60,860 nt of DNA from Acidimicrobiia bacterium (GTDB lineage Bacteria > Actinomycetota > Acidimicrobiia > Spongiisociales > ZC4RG35): assembly GCA_046756405.1 (NCBI GenBank), contig JBHHWH010000003.1:1-60860 (forward strand), in the 5' to 3' direction. Shown here one piece after another: positions 36,037-46,543 of the stretch. The number at the start of each line of letters is the position of its first letter. Position 1 is the first letter of the stretch. The notes under the pieces were generated by a model. The model did not search any database. It worked only from the letters and a program-made list of their open reading frames with translations, and was not told the origin of the DNA. A program made the position numbers and the translations under genes.

Positions 36037-37944
36037 ATGAAAAAGCACTCCACCTTCGGGATACATCCACTCCTCGCGGCCTTGATCGTCGTCGCAGGCC
36101 TTTACGGCCTGATCTTCGCTGCGTACGGGATAAGCCGCTGGAGCTCAGCAGGAGAGGTCCTCGGCCGAGTGGAGGTGGCAGGAGTTCAACTCGGCGGGCT
36201 CGACCACGAACTGGCCATCACCGAAGTGACCGGCCTGGAGGACGAGCTGCGCGCCAGGACCGCCCAGTTCAAACTCAACGGGGAGACTGTCATCCTCAAC
36301 CCCGCCGAAGTCGCCTTCGACATCGACGAGCAGGCAATCGTCGACGAGGCGATGCGGCTGGGCCGTGAAGGCAACGCCGTGGCCCAGTTCCTGTGGTGGC
36401 TGAACCATCTCTTCTCGTCGGAGACGGTGCAGCTTCGTGGCTCGATCGACATCGAGGCGGTAGAGGAGGTCTTTGACACGTGGGAGAAGGAGGTCATCGC
36501 CACCCCCGCCGAACACGGCGGCATCATCCTCGACAACCGCCAGCCCACTGCCATATACCCCCAGGCCGGGATCGGTATCGACCGCGAACCGGCGGCCGCC
36601 ATCATCCTGGACACCTTTCTCGGTGGCTCTTCGCACAACTCGGAGCTTCCCACCAAACCGGTGACCCCTGCTCTCACCAGCGAGGACATCGATCGTGCCC
36701 TCGCCGAAGCGCGGAGGCTGCTCAGCGCTCCTATCCGAATGACCTACGACGGCCTGGAAGCTACCTTCACCGTGGCCCAGCTCACTTCGGCCTTCCGCTC
36801 CGAGACTATCCTGGACGGACAGCCCCGCATCGTCCACTCCTTCGACCCGGAGATCATCGACACCTACCTGGAGCCGATTCGCTCCGAGTTCGAAGCAGAG
36901 CCGGTGGACGCCGAGTTCGCCATCGTCGGGGACACGATCACCATCGTCCCCGGCAAGAAGGGAACCCGCATAGACGAGGTCGAGACCGCCGTCCGGCTCT
37001 ACCGGGCGGGGCTCACCAGCTCGAGGGTCGGCGAGCTGCCCCTGGTCGAAGACGCCGACCCGGAGATCACCACCGAGTACCTTGAGAGCCTGGGTATTGA
37101 GCACCTGGTCTCATCGTTCACCACTTACCACTCCTGCTGCCAGTCCCGCGTCAAGAACATCCACCTGATAGCGGACACCATCGACATGGCCATCGTCAGG
37201 CCCGGAGAGGTGTTCAGCATCAACGAGTTCGTCGGTCAGCGAACCGCCGAAAAAGGGTACGTCCCGGCAGGAACCATCATCGGTGGACAGCTAGTCGACA
37301 CCGTGGGTGGAGGGGTCAGCCAGTTCGCCACCACCTTTTACAACGCGGTCTTCTGGGGCGGATACGAAGATGTAGAGCATTCACCCCACTCCTACTACTT
37401 CACCCGCTATCCGGAAGGGATCGAAGCCACGATCAACTGGCGGGTTCCCGACCTGAAGTTCCGCAACAACACCGACAAGGCGATCCTCTTGGATACCCAA
37501 TACACCGACACTTCGATCACGGTGCGGATCTTCGGATCCAATGACGGGCGGGTTGTCAAAGGCGAGCAACGGCACGGGAACCTTCACATAGAGGTGGTCT
37601 CGGAGGGGGGACCCAACGCCCTATGGATCGAAGGAACCGTATCCGGCCGGTTCGCCAGGAAGGACCCGCCGCCACCCAAGTTCGTGCCCAACCCCAGTCT
37701 GGTGCCTGGGGAACAGGTCGAAGTCCAGGGCGAGCGGGAAGGTTGGAGCGTTCGGGTGACCCGGCGCATCCTGCGTGGCGGTGTCGAGCTGGTGGAAGAG
37801 CAGGAGTGGCTTGTTACCTACCGTCCCCAGTTCGCGGTCTACGAGGTGCACCCCTGCATGATCCCGCCGGAGGATCCGGCGGACACGACCGTGCCCTGTC
37901 CGACGACGACTACAGTCCCCTTGAGCACCACGACCACCGGTTAG
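36037..37944 (+). CDS. VanW-family membrane-anchored protein
   Basis: It has an N-terminal TM helix. The VanW-like core is GEVFSINEFVGQRTAEKGYVPAG...GGGVSQFATTFYNAVFWGGYE...YPEGIEATINW. It ends in a Thr-rich tail. Confidence 0.8.
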   Translation: MKKHSTFGIHPLLAALIVVAGLYGLIFAAYGISRWSSAGEVLGRVEVAGVQLGGLDHELAITEVTGLEDELRARTAQFKLNGETVILNPAEVAFDIDEQAIVDEAMRLGREGNAVAQFLWWLNHLFSSETVQLRGSIDIEAVEEVFDTWEKEVIATPAEHGGIILDNRQPTAIYPQAGIGIDREPAAAIILDTFLGGSSHNSELPTKPVTPALTSEDIDRALAEARRLLSAPIRMTYDGLEATFTVAQLTSAFRSETILDGQPRIVHSFDPEIIDTYLEPIRSEFEAEPVDAEFAIVGDTITIVPGKKGTRIDEVETAVRLYRAGLTSSRVGELPLVEDADPEITTEYLESLGIEHLVSSFTTYHSCCQSRVKNIHLIADTIDMAIVRPGEVFSINEFVGQRTAEKGYVPAGTIIGGQLVDTVGGGVSQFATTFYNAVFWGGYEDVEHSPHSYYFTRYPEGIEATINWRVPDLKFRNNTDKAILLDTQYTDTSITVRIFGSNDGRVVKGEQRHGNLHIEVVSEGGPNALWIEGTVSGRFARKDPPPPKFVPNPSLVPGEQVEVQGEREGWSVRVTRRILRGGVELVEEQEWLVTYRPQFAVYEVHPCMIPPEDPADTTVPCPTTTTVPLSTTTTG

Positions 37945-37947
37945 GGC

Positions 37948-38247
37948 CTAATCCTCCTCACCAGCGTAGTGGCGGAGAAACGTGTGAATCACCTGCTCTA
38001 CGGCCCCGGCGCTCTCCTCGTCCCAGCCCTCGCGGCGACGTACGGTGACCGTGTTGGACAGAACGTAGATATGGTCGATGCCGAGGTCGAGGCTGAACAG
38101 GCGCTCGGCTAGCAACGCCACCACCCCGTCGACTTCGACTCCGGGAGTGATCGCGTATCCGTCTTGTCCCGTGAAGCTGCGGTCGGTGTCGACGATCAGT
38201 ACCCCGTCGAGGACCACCGACTCGTTGATTTCTACGTCTTGACCCAT
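37948..38247 (-). CDS. small conserved protein, possibly NifU/Nfu N-terminal-like domain
   Basis: It is 99 aa with good coding-looking composition. The family call is a weak recollection only. Confidence 0.35.
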   Translation of the reverse strand: MGQDVEINESVVLDGVLIVDTDRSFTGQDGYAITPGVEVDGVVALLAERLFSLDLGIDHIYVLSNTVTVRRREGWDEESAGAVEQVIHTFLRHYAGEED

Positions 38248-38263
38248 GGCCGCCAGATCGTAC

Positions 38264-39697
38264 TCACCCTCCGAGGCCGCCCGAAACCTCGCCTATCCGA
38301 TGCACCTTCACCATGTTCGTGGAGGCCCGTATGTTGGGTGGGACTCCGGCCACCATGACCACCGCTTCGCCCCGGTCGGCGATGCCTTCGACAGCCAGGA
38401 TCTCCGCGGCGCTGGCAATCTCGTCGTCAGTAAAGTCGCGGCGTTGAAAGGAGTGGGGATGGACCCCCCACATCACGGCCATGCGCCGTCGGGTCACCGG
38501 GTTGGGGGTGAAGGCGACCACCCTCTGCGTGGGTCGATACTTGGATATCAGCCGGGCGGTGTTACCGGTCTCGGTAAAGGCGACGATGGTTCGGGCTCGG
38601 ATGTTGGCCGCGATCTCGGTGGCTGCCTGGGCCACCGCGGAAGCCACTTGGTTCTCGTCACCGAGGAAGGCCACCGGGTGAGCGCCCCGGGATCCGAGGG
38701 TGCCCTCCTCCACCTCGAGACAAATCCGGGCCATGGCCTGCACGGTCTCGATCGGGTATTCGCCGACCGCGGTCTCGCCCGACAGCATCACCGCGTCGGT
38801 GCCTCCCATCACCGCGTTAGCCACGTCGGTCACCTCCGCTCGGGTGGGTCGCGGACTGTGGGTCATCGACTCCAGCATCTCGGTGGCTGTCACCGAGATC
38901 ACCCCGGCGGCGTTGGCCCGCCCCAAGATGTCCGCCTGGATGAGCGGTATCCGCTCCAGGGGAAGCTGAACTCCCAGGTCACCCCGGGCGACCATCACCC
39001 CGAAGGAGGCGGCGATGATGCTGTCCAGGTTGCGCAAGGCTTGGGGGAGTTCGATCTTGGCGATCACCGGCACGTCTCCGGCGAGGGTCCGTACGTTCTC
39101 GACGTCCCTCCCCGTGCGCACGAACGAGGCCGCCACGAAGTCGACCCCCAGCTCCTTGCCCAGAGCAAGGTCCTCCTCATCCTTGGGGGTGATGTTCTCC
39201 ACCGAGAGGATGCTGTCGGGGAACGCCACGCCCTTGTTGTCGGAGACCTCACCTCCTTCCAAGACCGCGGCGCGTAGCGAATGGTCGGTGACACCGACCA
39301 CCTCCAGGGTCACCAGCCCATCGGCGACCAGAACTCGATGACCGGGACGGACGTCCTCCAGGAGACGGTCGTAGCCGACGGGGATCTCCGTAGCAGAGCC
39401 CTCTCCCATACCGGGAAGAAGGTCCACCTCAGTACCGGTTTCCAGAACCACTGCGCCGCGAGGGAAGGTGCCGACCCGCAATTTGGGGCCCTGGATGTCC
39501 TGCATCACCGCCACCGCACGGCCGGTCTCGTCGGCAGCGTCGCGAAGCCAGGTGTAAAGGGTTCGATGGAAGTCGTGGTCCCCATGGGAGAAGTTGAGAC
39601 GGGCGACGTCTATGCCGGCCTCCATCAGAGCCCGCACCGACTCGAGGTCGGCGACGGCGGGGCCGAGGGTGGCGATGATCTTCGTCTGGCGTTGCAT
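38264..39697 (-). CDS. pyk: pyruvate kinase
   Basis: It has the N-terminus MQRQTKIIATLGPA, NFSHG and MVARGDLGVQLP. It is 477 aa. Confidence 0.97.
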   Translation of the reverse strand: MQRQTKIIATLGPAVADLESVRALMEAGIDVARLNFSHGDHDFHRTLYTWLRDAADETGRAVAVMQDIQGPKLRVGTFPRGAVVLETGTEVDLLPGMGEGSATEIPVGYDRLLEDVRPGHRVLVADGLVTLEVVGVTDHSLRAAVLEGGEVSDNKGVAFPDSILSVENITPKDEEDLALGKELGVDFVAASFVRTGRDVENVRTLAGDVPVIAKIELPQALRNLDSIIAASFGVMVARGDLGVQLPLERIPLIQADILGRANAAGVISVTATEMLESMTHSPRPTRAEVTDVANAVMGGTDAVMLSGETAVGEYPIETVQAMARICLEVEEGTLGSRGAHPVAFLGDENQVASAVAQAATEIAANIRARTIVAFTETGNTARLISKYRPTQRVVAFTPNPVTRRRMAVMWGVHPHSFQRRDFTDDEIASAAEILAVEGIADRGEAVVMVAGVPPNIRASTNMVKVHRIGEVSGGLGG

Positions 39698-39721
39698 GTA
39701 CTTCGCGAAGCTACTGCCAAC

Positions 39722-40510
39722 CTACGGCTGGTAGACGATTTCACCGAATAACTCTTCGTCGGCCACCTGAATCGCTGTCCGGCCCTCAGCCGAGGTGAGC
39801 CAGTCGAAGAAGGCCTCTGCCGCTGTCCCTTGGCCCGAGGATGCGCTCACCATGGCGGTGTAGGGGTTGTCGAGGCCGGCCCGATCTACCTCCAGATCGA
39901 CGATCGAGATGGTGTCGCGGGCAGCTAGATAGGCGCCGTATTCGGCCAGAGTCACCCCGCCGGCTTGATCGGCGATGAGCAGAGTGGGACCCATGCCCTG
40001 GCCGGTGACGATGTACCAGGGCTGTCCGGCAGGGTCGAGGCCTGCCTCCTGCCAGCTCTCCACCTCCTTGTCATGGGTCCCGGAACCGTCACCGCGGGAG
40101 ACGAAGGTGATTCCGGCAAGGTGCACCTCCCGCAGTATCTCCGGGAGCTCCCGACCCTGGAACCGCGACTTCAGCTCTGGTGGTCCGACAAGGACGAACC
40201 GGGAGGCGAAGACCGTGGCTGCGGCCGAGGCCAAGCCGTCGGCAACGTATTCGGCCTCCTGTTCCGGAGCGTGGGTGATGGTGACGTCTGCTGCGCCGTC
40301 GCGTCCCAGTTCCAAGGCGAGGCGGGTGGGCTGGCCGACGATGGAGATCCGGATGCCCGGGTGGGTCTCCTCGAAGCTTGCGGCCACCCTGTCCAGCAGA
40401 CCCGAGTCCACCACAGTGGTGCCGGCGGCAACGATCACCCGTTCCGCCCCTCCCGAGCAGGCGGCAAGGAGCATCGCCGTCGCGGCGAAGATCGCCACCA
40501 GGCGCCTCAC
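39722..40510 (-). CDS. tungstate/molybdate-type ABC substrate-binding lipoprotein (TupA-like)
   Basis: I trimmed the start to GTG 40510, which gives a GTGA overlap with the ATPase stop. The lipobox is LLAACSGG. The TupA-like block is AAGTTVVDSGLLDRV...ADVTITHAPEQE. Confidence 0.7.
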   Translation of the reverse strand: MRRLVAIFAATAMLLAACSGGAERVIVAAGTTVVDSGLLDRVAASFEETHPGIRISIVGQPTRLALELGRDGAADVTITHAPEQEAEYVADGLASAAATVFASRFVLVGPPELKSRFQGRELPEILREVHLAGITFVSRGDGSGTHDKEVESWQEAGLDPAGQPWYIVTGQGMGPTLLIADQAGGVTLAEYGAYLAARDTISIVDLEVDRAGLDNPYTAMVSASSGQGTAAEAFFDWLTSAEGRTAIQVADEELFGEIVYQP

Positions 40511-41469
40511 GCCGGGACCACCACCACCGAGGTCGCCTTCACCGACAGCGTCACCTCGCTGCCCGGCTCCAGAGCGAGTTCCTCCAGGGCCCCCGGGGTG
40601 AGAAGGGCCACCACCGGCTGGCCGACGTCCACTTTCACCTCCACCAGGTGGGCCCGGCGACGAACCTCGGCCACCCGTCCTTGCCACCGGTTACGTGGCG
40701 AGCCCGGTCCGGTCGAGGGAGGCGAGACCGCCACCGCTTCGGCGCCGAACAGGGCTCGGGCGTGGCCTTCGACTTCACCCCTTCCCACCACCTTGATGGC
40801 CTGAGACTCAACCACGGTGAGACCGTCGGTACGGGTCGCGGTTCCGTCGATGACGTTGCGCACTCCCAGGACCCAGGCCACGGCAGTATCGGCGGGTCCG
40901 GTCAGCACCTCGACCAAGGGTCCCTGCTGGAGGAGCCGACCCGAGGAGATCACCGCGATCCGGTCGGCCAGGGCCACGGCCACGTCGAGGTCGTGGGTGA
41001 CCACCACCACGCTGCGTCCCTCCAGGGCGGAGGCCACCTCTGTCAGAACCCGATCCCGGTCGGCCCGGTCCACGGCGGAGAGGGGCTCGTCGAGGAGGAC
41101 CCACTCCTCGTCGTGGGCCAGGGTCCTAGCCAGGGCGAGGCGCTGCCGCTCCCCACCGGAGAGGTTCTGGACTGGAGACGAGAGCAGGTCGCCTACTCCG
41201 AGACGTTGGGCCAACTGGGCGGCCCAAGCGGTCTGCTCTTCGTCGAGGCCCAGACCTAGGTTCCATCCGGCGGTGCCGCGGAACAGGTAAGGGTGTTGAG
41301 GTAGGTAGTGGCAGTCGAGGTGGCGTTCGGAGTCGAGTCCGGCGAGGCGACGAAGGAGGGTGGTCTTACCAGCACCGTTGGGCCCGTAGAGGACGGTGAC
41401 CTGACCCGGTTCGAGGACAAGACCCTCGACGTCCACCACCCCTGGGACGCGGATGTCGAAGCCGGTCAT
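40507..41469 (-). CDS. ABC transporter ATP-binding protein with C-terminal TOBE/Mop-like domain
   Basis: It has Walker A GPNGAGKTT, signature LSGGERQRLALA and Walker B VLLDEPLSAVD. The C-terminal roughly 70 aa resemble a TOBE domain (RNRWQGRVAEV...VTLSVKATSVVV). Confidence 0.85.
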   Translation of the reverse strand: MTGFDIRVPGVVDVEGLVLEPGQVTVLYGPNGAGKTTLLRRLAGLDSERHLDCHYLPQHPYLFRGTAGWNLGLGLDEEQTAWAAQLAQRLGVGDLLSSPVQNLSGGERQRLALARTLAHDEEWVLLDEPLSAVDRADRDRVLTEVASALEGRSVVVVTHDLDVAVALADRIAVISSGRLLQQGPLVEVLTGPADTAVAWVLGVRNVIDGTATRTDGLTVVESQAIKVVGRGEVEGHARALFGAEAVAVSPPSTGPGSPRNRWQGRVAEVRRRAHLVEVKVDVGQPVVALLTPGALEELALEPGSEVTLSVKATSVVVVPA

Positions 41470-42164
41470 GGGCCTACCGGCCGCTGCCCCCAGCGGCTGA
41501 GGGCGAGGTTCACCACCAGGGAGAGGAACAGCAGGACGATCCCGGCGGCCACCGCCGCACCGAAGCGAGCCTGACGCGCCTCCTGGACAATGAGGGTGGT
41601 CAACACCCGGGTCTCGTCAAGGATGTTGCCCCCGATTATGAGCACCGCCCCCACCTCGGCGATGACCCGCCCAAACGAGGCCACCACCGCGGCGGCCACT
41701 CCCGAGCCGGCCTCCATCACCGCCACTCTCCCCTTCAGCCACCGTCGAAGCCGTAGAGCTTCGAGCTGTTCCAGGGCGGCGGGAGGTAGCCCGGACACCG
41801 CACCAGCGGTGACTCCTGCGGCGATCGGTGTGGCGAGGAGGAACTGGGCGATGACCATGGCGGTGGGGGTAAACACCAGTCCCAGGCCGCCAAAGGGTCC
41901 CTGATCCCAGAAGAGGAGCAGCAGAAACAGCCCCACCAGCACCGGGGGCAGGCCCATGCCCACATTCACGCCGAGGCGGAGGACACCCCGACCCCGGAAT
42001 CGGCCCAGGGCCAAGGAGACGCCCAGGGGAACGCCCACGACCACTCCGAGGATCGTGGCTATGACACTGACCACCAAGGTCAGCCCCACCACCCGGCCCA
42101 GGGCAGGGTCGAAGCTGACGATCATGCGGAACGCCTCGGAGAGAACCTGACCTATGAAGTCCAT
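41466..42164 (-). CDS. ABC transporter permease (TupB/ModB-like)
   Basis: It is 232 aa with 5-6 TM segments. A 4-bp overlap with the ATPase gene makes it the first gene of the permease-ATPase-binding protein operon. Confidence 0.8.
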   Translation of the reverse strand: MDFIGQVLSEAFRMIVSFDPALGRVVGLTLVVSVIATILGVVVGVPLGVSLALGRFRGRGVLRLGVNVGMGLPPVLVGLFLLLLFWDQGPFGGLGLVFTPTAMVIAQFLLATPIAAGVTAGAVSGLPPAALEQLEALRLRRWLKGRVAVMEAGSGVAAAVVASFGRVIAEVGAVLIIGGNILDETRVLTTLIVQEARQARFGAAVAAGIVLLFLSLVVNLALSRWGQRPVGP

Positions 42165-42202
42165 AGCACCTCGGGGCGAGGATAGAAGGGCGGGGTCCCC
42201 GA

Positions 42203-43654
42203 TCAGGAGGACAGCTTCGAACGGAGGATCTCGTTGACCGCCCGGGGGTCGGCTTTGCCTCCGGTGGCCCGCATCACCTGACCCACCAGAAAGCCCAGCA
42301 CCTTGGCCTCTCCGGCTTTGAAGCTGGCGGCGGCGTCGGGGTTGGCGGCGAGCACCTCGTCCACGGTCGCCTCCAAGGCAGAGGTGTCGGAGATCTGGAC
42401 CAGGTCCCTGGCCTCCGCCACTGCTCTGGGATCTCCCTCACCGGTGAGGACCCCCTCGAGGACCTCCTTGGCAGCCGAGGCGGAGACCACACCTTCGTCG
42501 ACGATGGCCACCAGCTCGGCGAGCTGCGAAGGGGTCAGTGGCAGGTCGGCGGGGTCGGTCTCGGTGCGGCGCAGCCAGGCGGTCACCTCCCCCGTGATCC
42601 AGTTGGCGGCTCTTCGGGGCGGCGCCCCGGCGGCGGTGGCGGCGTCGAATACCTCCCTGAGGGGTGCGGGGGCGGCGGAGAGCACCGCGGCCAGTTCGGT
42701 GTCGAGACCCAGGTCTTCGTAGCGGGCCCGACGGGCCGCGGGGAGTTCGGGCAGGCCAGAGCGGACCTTCTCCACCCAGGCGTCATCGAGGACCATGGGA
42801 GGAAGGTCGGGCTCGGTGAAATAGCGGTAGTCGGAGGAGCCTTCCTTGACCCGCATGGTCTTGGTCACCCCCGCTTCCTCGTCCCAGTGGCGAGTCTCTT
42901 GAACCAGGGTGCCTCCTGCTTCGAGAACGCCGATCTGACGGCGGATCTCGTAGTCGATGGCCCGCTCCAAGGAGCGGAAGGAGTTCATGTTCTTGATCTC
43001 CACCTTGGTACCCAGAGTCTCGTCGCCTTCGGCCCGGACGGAGACGTTGGCGTCGAAGCGGATCGACCCCTCTTCGAGCCGGGCGTCGGAGACCCCTAGC
43101 TCGGCAACTACCGCCCTCAGCTCCTGGGCGTAGGCCCGGGCCTCGATGGCGCTGCGGATGTCAGGGCGGGAGACAATCTCTACCAGTGGCGTGCCGGACC
43201 GGTTGAAGTCGAGGAGGGTGGCTTGGGCCTCGTGGATGCGACCTCCGGCGCCGACGTGGGTGGACTTGCCGGTGTCCTCTTCCATATGCGCCCGTTCGAT
43301 GCCGATGCGGCGGGTGACGCCATCGATGTTGATGTCCAGGTGGCCGTCGTGGCAGACGGGGACGTCGAACTGAGAGATCTGATAGTTCTTGGGCAGGTCG
43401 GCGTAGAAGTAGTTCTTGCGGTGAAAGACCGACCGGGGAGAGATCTCACAGTTGAGGGCCAGGCCGATGGCCATGATCCATTCGATGGCCCTCTGGTTAG
43501 GGACGGGGAGAGCACCCGGCAGTCCGAGGCAGACCGGGCAGACCCTGGTGTTGGGTTCGGCGCCGAATTCCACCGCACAGCCGCAGAACATCTTCGAGTC
43601 AGTGGACAGTTCCACATGGACTTCGATGCCGATCACCGGCTCCCAGATGATCAC
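42203..43654 (-). CDS. gatB: Asp-tRNA(Asn)/Glu-tRNA(Gln) amidotransferase subunit B
   Basis: It has the N-terminus [23 protein letters not shown]. It is 483 aa and overlaps gatA by 4 bp. Confidence 0.97.
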   Translation of the reverse strand: MIIWEPVIGIEVHVELSTDSKMFCGCAVEFGAEPNTRVCPVCLGLPGALPVPNQRAIEWIMAIGLALNCEISPRSVFHRKNYFYADLPKNYQISQFDVPVCHDGHLDINIDGVTRRIGIERAHMEEDTGKSTHVGAGGRIHEAQATLLDFNRSGTPLVEIVSRPDIRSAIEARAYAQELRAVVAELGVSDARLEEGSIRFDANVSVRAEGDETLGTKVEIKNMNSFRSLERAIDYEIRRQIGVLEAGGTLVQETRHWDEEAGVTKTMRVKEGSSDYRYFTEPDLPPMVLDDAWVEKVRSGLPELPAARRARYEDLGLDTELAAVLSAAPAPLREVFDAATAAGAPPRRAANWITGEVTAWLRRTETDPADLPLTPSQLAELVAIVDEGVVSASAAKEVLEGVLTGEGDPRAVAEARDLVQISDTSALEATVDEVLAANPDAAASFKAGEAKVLGFLVGQVMRATGGKADPRAVNEILRSKLSS

Positions 43655-45114
43655 GGCGCCACCTCCTCCAAGTGGGGTCGGGCATTGAAGGCGGCGAGGC
43701 GTTCCACCTCGGCGGCCACTTGGAACATCACCTCTTCGCCGAGGGCGGGGGCCATGACCTGGAAGCCGATGGGCAGCTCCTTGGCGTCGAGGCCGATGGG
43801 GACGCTGATGGCGGGGTGGCCTGCGAGGTTGGAGGGGATGGTGCAGATGTCTGAGAGGTACATGGCCAGGGGGTTGTCGACCCGGGCGCCAGCTTCGAAG
43901 GCGACGGTGGGGCTGGTCGGCGAAACCAGCACCTCCACCTGGGCGTAAGCCCGGGCAAAGTCGGAAGCGATGGCCGTCCGCACCTTTTGGGCCTGACCGT
44001 AGAAGGCCTCGTAGTAGCCGGCGGAGAGGGCGTAGGTACCCAGCAGGATGCGGCGGATTACTTCGGGACCGAAGCCCTCTGCCCGGGTGGCGGCCATCAT
44101 CGCCTCGGTGGTCTCCCCGTCGACGCGGAGCCCATAGCGGACACCGTCGAAGCGGGCCAGGTTGGCGGAGGCCTCGGCGGGGGCGATGAGGTAGTAGGCG
44201 GAGAGGGCGATGTCGAAGGTGGGTAGAGAGACTTCGACGATCTCGGCGCCGGCGTCGGCGAGGGCGTCCACCATCTTTTTGGTGGCCTCCTCCACGGCGG
44301 GCTCGTAGCCCTCCCCGGAGAGCTCTTTGACCAGTCCGATACGCAGGCCTTCCACTCCGGCGTCGAGCTTGGCTTTGGGGTGGGGGTAGTCGCCGGGGTA
44401 GGAGGTGGCATCGAGGGGGTCGTGGCCCCAGGTGGCCTCCAGGGTGAGGGCGGCGTCTTCGACGGTCCGGGCCAGCGGGCCGATCTGGTCGAGGGAGGAG
44501 GCGAAGGCGATCAGCCCGTAACGGGAGACCGTGCCGTAGGTGGGCTTGAGACCGACCAGGCCGCAGAGGGAGGCTGGCTGACGGATGGAACCTCCGGTGT
44601 CCGAGCCCAGGGCGACCAAAGCAGACCCGGCGGCCACCGCGGCGGCCGAGCCCCCCGAGGATCCCCCGGGGACCCGTCCCAGATCCCAGGGGTTGTAGGA
44701 GGGGCCGTAGGCGGAGTTCTCGGTGGAGGAGCCCATGGCGAACTCGTCGAGGTTGGTCTTGCCCACGATCACCGCACCTGCTTCGCGCAGCTTGGTGACC
44801 ACGGTGGCGTCATAGGGCGGGATGTAGCCGGCGAGGATCTGGGAGGCGGCGGTGGTCTCAGTGCCACGGGTGCACATGTTGTCCTTCAGGGCGACGGGGA
44901 TCCCATGGAGGGGACCCCGGTCGACACCCTCAGCCAGCTCCCTGTCGGCGGCCTCGGCAGCGGCCTGGGCGCCGTCGTGGTCGAGGGTGAGGTAGGCGTG
45001 GAGCTGGGCCTCGGTGCTGGCGGCCCGCTCCAGGACGGCTTCGAGCAACTCTGTGGCGGTGGTCTCCCCGGTGCGGAGGGCGTGTCCCGCTTCGGCGACG
45101 GTGGGTGCGGTCAC
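43651..45114 (-). CDS. gatA: Asp-tRNA(Asn)/Glu-tRNA(Gln) amidotransferase subunit A
   Basis: It has the amidase signature [14 protein letters not shown] and is 487 aa. Confidence 0.97.
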   Translation of the reverse strand: MTAPTVAEAGHALRTGETTATELLEAVLERAASTEAQLHAYLTLDHDGAQAAAEAADRELAEGVDRGPLHGIPVALKDNMCTRGTETTAASQILAGYIPPYDATVVTKLREAGAVIVGKTNLDEFAMGSSTENSAYGPSYNPWDLGRVPGGSSGGSAAAVAAGSALVALGSDTGGSIRQPASLCGLVGLKPTYGTVSRYGLIAFASSLDQIGPLARTVEDAALTLEATWGHDPLDATSYPGDYPHPKAKLDAGVEGLRIGLVKELSGEGYEPAVEEATKKMVDALADAGAEIVEVSLPTFDIALSAYYLIAPAEASANLARFDGVRYGLRVDGETTEAMMAATRAEGFGPEVIRRILLGTYALSAGYYEAFYGQAQKVRTAIASDFARAYAQVEVLVSPTSPTVAFEAGARVDNPLAMYLSDICTIPSNLAGHPAISVPIGLDAKELPIGFQVMAPALGEEVMFQVAAEVERLAAFNARPHLEEVAP

Positions 45115-45401
45115 TCGGTCTCCAGGGCAGGGGGCACGATCAAGAAGCCGTCGGCGCTCTCGGGGGCCTGGGAGAGCACCTCGTCGCGGTCGAGGGAAGG
45201 ACGGACGATGTCGTCGCGGAAGGTGTTGGTGATACCCAGGGGATGGGCGGGCTCGACCTCAGGGTCCCCCTCGAGGGATTGAACCTTGGCAGCGTGTTCG
45301 AGGATCACCCCGAGCTGGGTCTTGTAGTGAGCCAGCTCCTCTACGGAAAGCCCGAGGCGGGCGAGACGCGCCACATGGGCGATGTCGATGTCGATAGCCA
45401 T
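45111..45401 (-). CDS. gatC: Asp-tRNA(Asn)/Glu-tRNA(Gln) amidotransferase subunit C
   Basis: It is 96 aa, begins [17 protein letters not shown] and sits first in the gatCAB order. Confidence 0.9.
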   Translation of the reverse strand: MAIDIDIAHVARLARLGLSVEELAHYKTQLGVILEHAAKVQSLEGDPEVEPAHPLGITNTFRDDIVRPSLDRDEVLSQAPESADGFLIVPPALETE

Positions 45402-45426
45402 GACCCGGGATGATAAGGCCGGTTCC

Positions 45427-46449
45427 CTACCCGAGAACCGCCTTGAGGGCGGCGTAGGCCCAGTCGAGGTCGGAGAGGCGGACCGACTCCCCTGGCTTGT
45501 GGGCCAGGGCGGTCTCCCCGGGCCCGAAGTTCACCGCCGGCACTCCCCGGGCGGCGAGCTGGGCGACGTCGGTCCAGCCCTGCTTGGAGGCCACTTGGGC
45601 CTGGGCCGCCTCGGCAAGGACGGTGAAGAGGGGATGGGAGACCTCGGGGTAAGCGGCGGAAGCGATGTCGGTCACCTCGAAACCGTCCACCCCGGCGCAC
45701 ACCTCCCGGAGTCGGGCCACGGCCTCCTCGGAGGTGCGGTCGGGAGCGAAGCGGTAGTTGACCGCCAGCTCGAACCGGGAGGGGATGATGTTGCGGGCTA
45801 CACCACCTTGGGCCATGACCACCGAGATCACCTCTTTGAACTCCAGGCCCTCGACGGAGTGGATCTCCGGTCCCAGGGCATCCATCCTGGTGAGGAACTC
45901 CCCCGCCTTGGTGATGGCGTTCTCCCCCAGCCAGGGCCGCGCCGAATGGGCGGCCTCGCCCTCGAACCACACTCGGGCGTTCACCGCCCCCTGGCATCCA
46001 AGGTGGATCTCGCGGTTGGTGGGCTCGAGGACGATCCCCGCTTCGGCTTCGGTGAGTTGGGGGAAGGCGTCGAGGATGGGTCCGAGCTGGTTGCCCTCCA
46101 TGGGGCCCTCCTCTCCGGCGTAGAAGATGCCTACCAGCCGGTCGGTGCCCAGATCTTCGAGGAGATGGATCATCACCGCCAGGCCCCCCTTCATGTCCGT
46201 GGCCCCCAACCCGTAGAGACGGTCGCCTTCGATGCTGGCTCCCACCTCCCCCTGGAGGGGGACGGTGTCGAGATGACCAACAAGGAGCACCTTGGCTGCC
46301 TCCGGCCTGCCTACCACCAGCGACTCCCCCACTGCTGCCTGGGGAAGACCGTCGAGGCGGGCGGCGATGGCGTCACGTAGCGGCCCTTCGGCACCGGTGA
46401 CCGAAGGAATGTCCACCAGCCAGGTGAGGGTATCGGTGAGGGATGTCAT
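45427..46449 (-). CDS. dapE: succinyl-diaminopimelate desuccinylase (M20 metallopeptidase)
   Basis: I trimmed the start to ATG 46449 (MTSLTDTLTWLVDIPSVTG). It has LLVGHLDTVP and GATDMKGG. Its size of about 340 aa matches actinobacterial DapE. Confidence 0.85.
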   Translation of the reverse strand: MTSLTDTLTWLVDIPSVTGAEGPLRDAIAARLDGLPQAAVGESLVVGRPEAAKVLLVGHLDTVPLQGEVGASIEGDRLYGLGATDMKGGLAVMIHLLEDLGTDRLVGIFYAGEEGPMEGNQLGPILDAFPQLTEAEAGIVLEPTNREIHLGCQGAVNARVWFEGEAAHSARPWLGENAITKAGEFLTRMDALGPEIHSVEGLEFKEVISVVMAQGGVARNIIPSRFELAVNYRFAPDRTSEEAVARLREVCAGVDGFEVTDIASAAYPEVSHPLFTVLAEAAQAQVASKQGWTDVAQLAARGVPAVNFGPGETALAHKPGESVRLSDLDWAYAALKAVLG

Positions 46450-46543
46450 GAAGGGGGCAAGGTAACAGTGTTCGCGTGACCGCATCGCCGTGCAGACTCA
46501 GGAAAGGGGGGAGTTCTGGAGGAGGATCGAAAGCGGCCGAGGT